From: Klebsormidium nitens
Lineage: Eukaryota > Plantae > Klebsormidiophyceae
Length of the DNA: 38,368 nucleotides
Direction: 5' to 3'
Assembly: GCA_000708835.1 (NCBI GenBank)
Contig: DF237691.1
Location: 1 to 38,368, forward strand
This document shows, piece by piece, positions 9,887 through 18,885 of the stretch (position 1 is the stretch's first letter; each line of letters opens with the position of its first letter). A program made the position numbers and the translations under genes. Under the pieces are notes generated by a model that saw only the letters and a program-made list of their open reading frames with translations, was not told the DNA's origin and made no database searches.

Positions 9887-12800
9887 ATGGCGTCTCTTTT
9901 TAGCCTCATTGATCAGGCGTTTCTGATGCCCCTCGAGCACCTCACTTACGATATCCGAGAGGGTGCCCGTGACTTTACAGAGGTGCTCTGCACGAGATTG
10001 AGCGAGTTTTTTGGAGGGGATCTCCTCGCAGAGAGCGCTCGAGGCCTGGTCGGTGGAGCCCTAGAGGCGCTTCTCCCTGTAGAGGAGAAGGCCCAGGTGC
10101 AGGCGCACTGGGGGGTGCAGAGGGAGCTGGTGGAGGTAGAGGAGGAGGAGACGGAGAGAGAGGGTGAGGGGGTGGAGGTGATGCGGCCTCTTACTGTCCG
10201 GGAGGAGGATGACGTGGCGGGGTCTCCCTGGACAGACTGCGCAGAGGGTGACCGCCAGCAGGTAATGATCCTCAATGCAGTTTGTTAACATTATGGCATC
10301 TGACATCTAAAGAACGAGGGGGCTTCCATACTTGCAATTGCAGCCAATTGCAGGTAGACCTACTCGTTTATAAGTCACTGCCAAGCATAGTCTGTTCAAG
10401 AAGGCTGTTCGTCATTCTTACTTGGACGAATGACACGTGTGCTGGAAGCTGACTTGTTGAGACCTTTCGAAGCTGAGTCTACGATGCTATGTAACTTCCA
10501 ACCCATATGTAAAATGCTGCGACACAATTCCAGGCTTTGCTGGCATTTGCATCTAAAATCAAACTTTCCAAAGATTCTGACCACTGGGAGATGGCCAGTA
10601 TTTGTTCAGATCTCTCGTAATTCTGGCCATTTGTTAACTTTAGTAACTGAAGTTCACCCTCCCCTACAGGCGCCCTCTGCAGGGCCCCTCCCCGACATGG
10701 CCGCCGTCCCCCTCGCCGCTGCCTCTGCGCCCGATCATACGGAGCAGCGGGGCACCGGTGCAGCGGAGGCGGAGGCCATCGTCGCTGAGGAGGAAGCGGA
10801 CGTCTCTGGCGCCCGGGAGGTGGACACGGATCGGTCTCCCGGCGCCTCCTGCGCAGAGGATGGCCAGCACCAGGTAAAGCGCCGGCAGACTTACTGAGAT
10901 TGAAGCTGAAATTGAAGCTTCTTTTGAACAAAACCAGGAAGAAGGAAAACTTATTATGTTACGGTAGATGAACAAGAAGAATTGCAGGGACACAGTGTTA
11001 GCTTTTGGCCAGAGCTTCATTTTGTAATTGATGACCCGTAGATCTTTGACAATGTTTGCCTCCATAAACCAAAAAAGTGGTTGGATGACCCAGCGACGAC
11101 AAAAAGATAAATGTTTGATTAGAGCCAAAGGCCGACATGCTACAATGATGCAAGGAAAGTCAACGATTTTGTAGAGAAACTTCAGAGGTCTTGGCGCAAT
11201 TAACAGCCTTCATCCTTCAGAAGTTGGACAAGATGCAAACAATGAGTGATTTGGTTTCAGTGTGGTTTAATGAGCCATAAGCGGAATAGAGAGTTCTGCA
11301 GGGGCTCCCTTCAAGTACTTGCTGCTCGAGTAGTTGGACTCGGACTCTTGTGCATACTTCCGTTCAAAAACCATTGCGCTCCAAGACCAGTTTTCTAATG
11401 GTTCACCTCCCTCCACAGGCACCCTCTGCCGCGCCCCTCACTGAGGTGGCCGCAGACACCCCCGCCGCTGCCCCTGCGCCCGCAGCCCCCCACACGCCCA
11501 GCCCCCAGAAGGAGCAGCGGGGCAGCGGCAGGGGCGGGTCGTCATCCGCAAGGGGGGGTCTGTTCAGCTCAGACGCCTTCACCCTCCCCAGCGACGACGG
11601 CACCCTCTTTTCCGACCCCCACTTCGAGTACCACCCCCTCCCATCCCCTGACGCCCGTGACCCCTCCACGATCCTGACGGTCGATCGGCAGGCTACCCTG
11701 CAGCTGCTTGAGACCCTTTTGGCACTTGGCTTCTCAGAGGTTGTCCACATTGGTGGAGAGGAGAGAGCAGAGTGTGGGGCTGTCACGGAGGTCCTTGGGG
11801 GGAGGAGTATCTTTGCGGAGAGGTCGGGGGTCAGTGGGGGTGAGACGGCGGCGCTGAGTCATGGGGAGGCGCTGCTGCCCAGTGGGGTCCAAACGGACAT
11901 GGAGATGGGCGGGGCTGGGGCGCGGGAGGAGGCGGTGACGCCGACGGCGTGGGGACAGGACCAGTCGCAGGTGCGTGCTAAGCACAATGTGCGATAAGTT
12001 CTTCTTTCTGTCTCTCTTAACTGTTCTCTTGTTTCCGCAAGTTGTCTCTCTATTTCAGAAGAACAGGCTTAATCTGTTCGCATATCTCTCGCCTTTTCAA
12101 CAGTTCATCTGGATTGTCCCGAAATTGCGAAGTCGATAAGCCTGCTTTCAGCAAGCTCGAAGTTCGTGTCGACCTAACCCTCTTTCTAACCCTCTTTGTT
12201 ATGGTGTCTGCAGGCCAGCACGGCTGCACTGCGCATCCCGTCCCCATACTCGTTCCTGGAGGGGTCCCTGGAGTACTACCCAAACGTTACGCTCGACAGG
12301 GAGCTGGGCAGAGTGAGCAGCCAATCTCGCATCCACTGTTTGAACCATTGAATCAATCTAGACTTTGCTCGGCATTGCCGAGAAGCACTGATGGGAAGGC
12401 TGGGCCTAGTCACACGGCTTCTCACTGCTACGGTCTCTACCGCAGACGGCTTCCGTTGCTCAGGTCTCTGATTATTTCAGCAAGTTGTTACCTCCCTGCT
12501 CCGCTTTCGTCCGAAAAGGTTTTGATCAAGTACTTTGATAATATCTGAGAGGATAATGATGACTTTTTCTCCACTCGCAGGGCGGGCAGGGTGCGGTCTA
12601 CTTGGCGCTCGCGACTCGCCCGACGGGGGAGGCCTTCCTCGTGGCCGCCAAGGTGCCGCTGGCGTGCCTTCCATTCGACTACTTGCTGCCCGAGGTGAGG
12701 CAGCGAGGCCTTGTTTAGGGCCTGCAGTTCCCACAATTCGGATTGAGGACTTGATCCGGCATTTGGGTTGGAGAATTGTGCTCGCGGAGTTGCTGTAGAC

Positions 12801-15097
12801 TTTCAGTTCTAATGAGCGAGAAGTTGGTGACTTGGGTGGTAAATAAGACAGACAACTGTTACGCTTGATAGGATCTACTTGCTCTGATGCTCTGTCGCTT
12901 TGCAAGGCTTTTACATCCGCGAAACTGCGGGAATCAGTTTTGTGCCCTTCTTCATATTGTAAGATCGCCAGAAGGCCAAGAGGCCGACAATCTCTTTCTT
13001 TCTTTGTGAGAGCCAACGGTTGAACTCCTTATCGCACAAGCTGGCACTTCAAAAATAATTCATTTAAATCAGTACTCATTAAATATAAATTTCAATGAAT
13101 ACTGATTACTCCCTGTTTTCCTCTCTGCCAGGCCCTGAATTGGATCGAGTGTGCGTCGTGCCCGAACCTGATCCCGCTCCTGGGGTTCACGATCCAGCAG
13201 GACACGTTCATTCCGCTTTTTGGGCTGGCGGATCCGTCCCCCGCCTGGACGGAACCGGGTGCCGGAGTCCAGGAGACCCCCTTTGAGCTGTACCGGGTGG
13301 CGGTGTTCGCGCACCACATTGCGCGCGCGCTCGCGGCCATGCACAGCCTCGGCTGGCTGCACTGGTGAGGACCCGTTGCTGTCGCTGTTTGTTCTGAAAA
13401 AGCGAAGCAGGGGTTGCTAAAGAGTGAAAGCCAAAAGCAAAGTCTAGCAGGGTCGAGGAGGGAAAACTTGATGCGAAGACGAACTGGTGCGATGTTGGTC
13501 GCAATCACGGCTCCGTTTTCGGAATCGTTTCTTGCGTGCAAGTGCCAGAACAGTTTCTCTAGTCCGATCGACTGCTGCTGCTCACTGCGGAATGGACCTG
13601 GTCCGGTGACTGCCACGTGCTTCTACCTACAGGTCTCGATGCTCAGCTGAACTTTGTGAGCTGCTTCTGTTGTGCCTGCAATCCTGTGTTGAGTATTCGT
13701 ACATCAAGCTGATCTCTCTTTTCCCGCTGCAGTGACGTCAAGACCGACAACCTGCTCCTCAAGGACGGCTGCCCGGTGCTGGCGGACTTCGGGCTCGCCA
13801 TCCACGAGCGTGACGCGCCGGGGAGGGGGCTGGTGAGCGCCCTCCCTTCTTGCTCCCCCTTCACAGACCTTCCTTCTTTCTGCCTCTTCGCTTGCTTTTC
13901 TTACTCTATGTTTTCTTCACTAGCATTTCCTCACTCTTCGCTGGCCTTTCTTCTTTCCGCCTCTTCCCTGTCTTTCTCCTCTTTCCCCACTCTATCCCGT
14001 CCATTTTTGGCTGATAACAGCGTGCTTTCCAATGATCTTGCAAAGACACGATTAGTACAGGTCACTTTGAGTGAACTTGAGAGCTCAGAATTGACGACTT
14101 TGCATTTGCTGACGTCACCAACTGACCCACGAGTGGATCGACGTGCCTTCTCCTCAAACACTGCCGTCAAGGCCTAAAACCTTGCCAAAATTTATCGTCC
14201 TGAACCCTGTTTAAAGTCGTCTGAACCCTACACAAGCGATGCCAATAGCCCTTCTAAGCTGTTCCTAGGGTGTGTATCTACCCCGTGTTTAAGCATGTCC
14301 AAACTTCTCTGAACCTCGATTGAATCCTGCCTGAATCCCTCTTGTACCCCCGCCCTGATTCTGCCTAAACCCTGTCGTAACCCTGCAGTGCGGCAGCCGG
14401 GGCTACATTGGCCCCGAGGTGTACCTGAAGGGGTACCACACGCAGAAGGCCGACATCTTCGCCCTTGGAATGGTCATCTGGGCGCACGTCACGGGCGGCC
14501 GCCCCCACTACGGCTTCTGCGACACGCGGGTGAGGAACTTCTTCGCTCGAGTGTGTTGCGTGCTTCGAAACATGCATTGTGGCGATTGGGGGATTGAATG
14601 TTGCATAGAATTTGCGTGATTTGTGCCTTCCGAAGAATTTAAACAGGAAAACATTGAACGGCACGTGGTGAGCCTTGGTGCTCTCAGGAGAGACGGGCTC
14701 AACTCTTTCGCAATAATGACATCTCTGCTATCACTGAACTCGATTGAGAAGAGCGATACCAAACACTACCAGATATGAGCATCTGAACGGACCAACATTG
14801 AACCAAGTCTATATCTCTTATACTCCGGGCACCCGTTGTTGTGGTTTCTCACCATCTTTTTTCCCCGTATTTGTCCAGGCGCTGCTCGCGTGGATGGCCC
14901 TGGGCGGGTGGTACACGTGGCCCACGGAGGTGCACGCCCACGGCGGCGACCTCATGGCGCTCGTCGAGCGCTGCTGCGACGCCAACCCCGACCGGCGGCC
15001 CACCGCGTGCCAGCTGGCGGACGAGCTGCACGACATTGCGGAGCTGCTGTGCGCGCAGTGCAGCAACGCGGACATGGCGCGGGGGTGGGACGGGTAG
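9887..15097 (+). CDS. Ser/Thr protein kinase paralog 3 (non-RD, HCD catalytic loop), 678 aa, long low-complexity N-terminus
   Basis: Exons 9887-10261, 10670-10873, 11419-11970, 12214-12312, 12581-12694, 13132-13364, 13733-13832, 14389-14529, 14879-15097; 2037 nt, in frame. Motifs ELGR|GGQGAVY, VAAK, HC|DVKTDN, DFG, CGSRGYIGPE, DIFALG. Kinase-domain intron positions and phases match kinase 2 (exons of 233, 100 and 141 nt in both). Confidence 0.9.
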
Positions 15098-15801
15098 GGA
15101 GGCAGGAGGGGGGGATTTTGTCTATTGCATTGCGTTGAGTTATTAAGGGACGGGTTATCTTAGCGGAGAAGATCGGTCACCTGGAAGGCGTGTTGTGTAA
15201 ACTAATGGATGCCATTGGTTATTGGGCGCGCGGCTAGTCAGAAGTAGCAGAGTACGAAGTGGAGGTAGATGGGAACGGACGGGACGATGTCTGGGGCGGA
15301 GCGGTTTCGTCAGCTAGTAATATGTGGTGAACATCGAGGAAAGCTTGTGGAGTCAGCGAGAGAGTGTATTGAGCTGCGGGGAGGGCAGTGCCAGAGGATG
15401 AGTGGACGGAGCGGCGGGGGGACGGAGGATGTTGAGGATTGTATAACGGAGGTGCGATCAAGGAGGGCAGCGAGCAACAGGCTTACAAATGCGGTTACCA
15501 GTCTGATTTGACAATTGGTTCCTTTCAACTTGTTTTGTAGACTGCCCTTGTGTTAGACGTGAAAGTGGATTGCTTATTTAAGCACAGGACCAGTTTCGTA
15601 AGACTGACTGGTAGAAAGTGACCAGCTATAGACCTTGTGTAGGAAAGCATAGAAAGCACGCAGTATTGATTTGATACATCATAAGCCATCATTCTTTGCA
15701 ATCGTAGTAAAGGTACTGCCAGTTGCCAGATTGACAGTTCAATCTGAACAAAGATTCTTTGACTGCACGCTTGAAATGTAACTTTGTTGATCAATAACAA
15801 G

Positions 15802-15909
15802 AGGGCGGATCCAAGCTGCCTGGTGCAGCTAGCGCCTTTTGCACTGACTGATTCTTCGGAAACCCTGTTTCACATTTTTGAGATTTAAATTTGAACCTGA
15901 ATCGCCCCT
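15802..15909. mobile_element. Possible degenerate 108-bp miniature element with AGGGGCGGATCCA-type ends
   Basis: Left end AGGGCGGATCCA; right end in reverse complement AGGGGCGATTCA. ACAAG on both flanks (15797-15801, 15910-15914). Confidence 0.35.
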
Positions 15910-17148
15910 ACAAGCTGAGTAATCTATTCGGATCATCCACGAGGGCGTGTAATCTGCGTATGGTACCGGCTAGCTGTGTGGAGTCTCTATATATATGGCC
16001 TCAAATGTGCTCATACTATAGCGTGTATGATCCCGCATGATGCAGTGGGGAATTATGTCACAAACATGATTTGCCTAGGGTCCGGCCGGCTTAAAGTAAA
16101 GTCTGATCGATGGTACAAACAAATCATTCGCACATGCATGTGTATAGACTTACACGGGATATTGCTGCGCGTGGATCAGTTGCTCGCACGCCATGCAATC
16201 AGTGGCCCGCATGCTTTGGCGCGGGAAGGTTGATCTTCTTAAAATCGAGTGGAACACTATGGTGCCATGGGCGGCAGGTATCGATTGCATGACAATTCGA
16301 CCGTTTCCTTATTCGACACATGGCGGCACTCTTCACTGAACTTGGAAACACCCTTAATTAATGCAGTGAGCCGACCATGCAGAGATACGCGATTGACTAC
16401 TTCATGACTCGGTCATGCATGGGCATAGACGAGGCTGCCCGGCTGCAGCATCTGGACATCGATATAGGAATAGATGGGAATTGGTATTCACTTCTTCGAA
16501 CGGCCCGGGCCCCGGGGGAGCCCGCTGGGCGGGTTTCAGTTGCCTTGCTAGAATTGAGGCGCCGCTCAACCAGCTAGAAAAGTGCCATTGCGTCATGGCA
16601 TACAATATCTTCCATCAAAGGGAATGGGACTCTCAAGTCAAAAGAACGGATCGTGTTGTACTCAATTTCCAATTTGCAAACTGAATGCTCCTACTCCTAC
16701 TCATGCAGATTCTGGTGTCGCGCTACTGTGATCGATTGTCAGTTTCAAGCCTTCGAATTGGCCAGTGTTAGACATACCAAAAACGACTAGGTGCCGGATG
16801 CCTGACTAGGTACAATTGAGTTGTCTAAGGATCTGCTTTACTGATTGGACGACGGTATGTGCCTGTGTCTCAACTAAAACATTCTTTTCTGAGATGACCC
16901 TAGCTCATGTGGCACTAAGTTGTCAGATAAGTCAACTAATCAACAATTGAAACATCGGCACAGCGGTCTGCCTTGCTTTTATAAAGTGACTTCCTCAAAA
17001 AGATCAACAATTCTCAAAGCATCATGGACATGGACTCTCCGGTTGTGATGTTGCGAGGCTAGTGAAGTCTCAAGCTCGCTCTCTACGTCTCGTAGTGATC
17101 AACTCATCATGTGCGGAATCTCCGAATTACAAGCTCATAGACTCTCCT

Positions 17149-17784
17149 TTACACGCTGACTGCAATGCTAACCCGCTCATCTCCCACTCTACTATACGGC
17201 CAGGCTGCCCTCTCGGGCACGTCATACACTTGCTGTTGCCTGATAGTATTGCTTGTGGCTCGCTGATTCAGCAGCTCCGCCCTTACCTGGACCAGAATCT
17301 CGCCAAGCACATTCTTCCCAGAACCGTCTAACCCATCCCCCGAGAACGCATCCGCCCCATGCTCCACCAACTCCCGCACCCCCGTTTGCAGCAACACAAC
17401 TCTCAGCGTCCGGTGCTGGGTGAACTTTGCCCTGACTGCTGTCAGCATGACATCAGCCTTCATCTGCCGTCACCCAGGCCGAATGGGGTGCTCACGTCGA
17501 TTCCCCTCAGCCATTGCCTCTGCAGGAGTGCCTAGCAACCGTATCCGCTCAACCGATTGGTGGTCCAAGAACTTCTGCGCCTGGTAGTAGTGCTCAGAGG
17601 TTGACCACTCCTTCCCATCGATGCAAATGGGGGCGGGGTAGAAGTTGCAAAATTCGCCGTAGGCGTCATGGTGGTAGTAAAACCAAATTGGTGCCTCACT
17701 ATCTGAGTCGCGCTGATGTGATGAGGGCTGCAAATCTGTCCCGCAGGAATCTTGTTGCCGTCCAATCTCTATGCTTGGCACCAT
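17149..17784 (-). pseudogene. NADAR (YbiA-like N-glycosidase) domain gene with an in-frame TGA at a conserved Trp
   Basis: FYYHHDAYGEFCNFYPAPICIDGKEWSTSEHYYQAQKFLD...HPIRPG*RQMKADVMLTAVRAKFTQH...LVEHGADAFSGDGLDGSGKNVLGEILVQVR is colinear with E. coli YbiA as recalled (TSEHYFQAQKFLD, LRKNWESVK, AYWGDG, GKNRLG). The TGA at 17472-17470 is in frame between the two listed ORFs. The 5' end is uncertain (possible extra exon near 18103-17896). Confidence 0.85.
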
Positions 17785-17965
17785 CCTTTCAGCAGCAGTT
17801 TTAGAAGAACAATCTGCAAGACACAGCGGGAGGTTGCATTTTCTATTGATTATAGCTACCGTAGCTTCAAAAGCAACGTTCTTGAGATCCGTCACTTCCC
17901 AGCTGTTGTGTTGACCAGCGAAACAGAGCAAAATCAGAACGAGCAAGTGAGGAGCATGTCCAGAC

Positions 17966-18037
17966 TCCACTGCCTTCCGACTCTGTACTACCTACCGACT
18001 CGGTACTAGGTACCGACTCTGACTCTGAGTCTGAGTC
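17966..18037. repeat. 18-bp tandem repeat x3 followed by GACTCT/GAGTCT hexamers
   Basis: Units end in CCGACTC at 17983, 18001 and 18019. The minus strand reads SDSDSESESVPSTESVGSTESEGS. Confidence 0.7.
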
Positions 18038-18443
18038 AGAGCTGCCAATTTCCAAGCTGGATTCTGGATTCGATTTCTACAGTTCAAGGTCCACAATGCA
18101 CATTGTGGATGCGGTACCTTTTCCAAGACCATAGGGTATACAAGCTGTAGTATCTATCATCGAGACCGTCAAATCTTCGTTCCTTTGCAAAAACAATAGC
18201 TTTCAACCGTTCGATGCTTGGACTGAATATTCTGTTTGTACAAACCTCGTACTTTTCGTGTACAGTGACAGCCCTGGGCCTTTGTGGCTTCGACAGTTAG
18301 CAATGGTAGGTACTAGGTACCGTACCTAGGTACCGGTAATATGATTTAACTGGTACCACGTACGGTACCGGAGATGCATGATGCAAATTCGAAGAGTACA
18401 TCGTGACGTCGGTTCGCAGTACCGTGACGTCGGTAGGCAGTAC
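17985..18443. promoter_or_regulatory. Dense GTAC-core array in the divergent NADAR/DnaJ region (candidate SBP/CuRE cluster)
   Basis: GTAC at 17985, 18003, 18010, 18114, 18238, 18249, 18260, 18310, 18317, 18322, 18330, 18353, 18360, 18365, 18396, 18419, 18440 (17 copies). The function is inferred. Confidence 0.5.
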
Positions 18444-18450
18444 GGTAACG
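18403..18450 (+). repeat. 21-bp tandem repeat x2.3 carrying TGACGTC
   Basis: GTGACGTCGGTTCGCAGTACC / GTGACGTCGGTAGGCAGTACG / GTAACG. Confidence 0.75.
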
Positions 18451-18885
18451 GCACGCGCCGACATGAGCGACGGGTATAGCTTACGGCGACGTTCTGTCCG
18501 TTCCGGCGGAATCCGGCTCCTCTCAGCGACAAATTGTCTGCAAACTTTTGAACTTGGGCCTGAGCCTGAGGCTGAAGGGTGGTGCTAATACACCTCACTC
18601 CTCGTCTCACCACCCAAAATGCTGCCAATGGCAACAAGTCTTCTTTGAAAGCCCGCCGCAAACTAGCGCAACAAAGTAGCATCGGCACCGTCTGCGGCCA
18701 TCTTCTCCGAGGCCGTTCTTGTCAGCATTGCGTCAAGATAGCTGTTTGTATGTCCTGAGCTTATGTCACAGACATTTGATTGAGAGGATCACAGTTCGGT
18801 TTGCGCTGTGCCACAAACAAAGGCAGCTTTGTTACGGAGCCCAAAGTCAAGGTGGCCGACTGCACTTGCAGTCACAGTCGGAGAA

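Noticed and set aside
17470-17472. NADAR TGA as selenocysteine or an alternative genetic code
   Set aside because: The position aligns to Trp, not Cys; other Trp codons are TGG; TGA terminates other genes here; no SECIS recognised.
17966-18450. Short repeats considered as a CRISPR-like array
   Set aside because: Units are directly adjacent with no unique spacers, there are no cas genes, and the context is eukaryotic.
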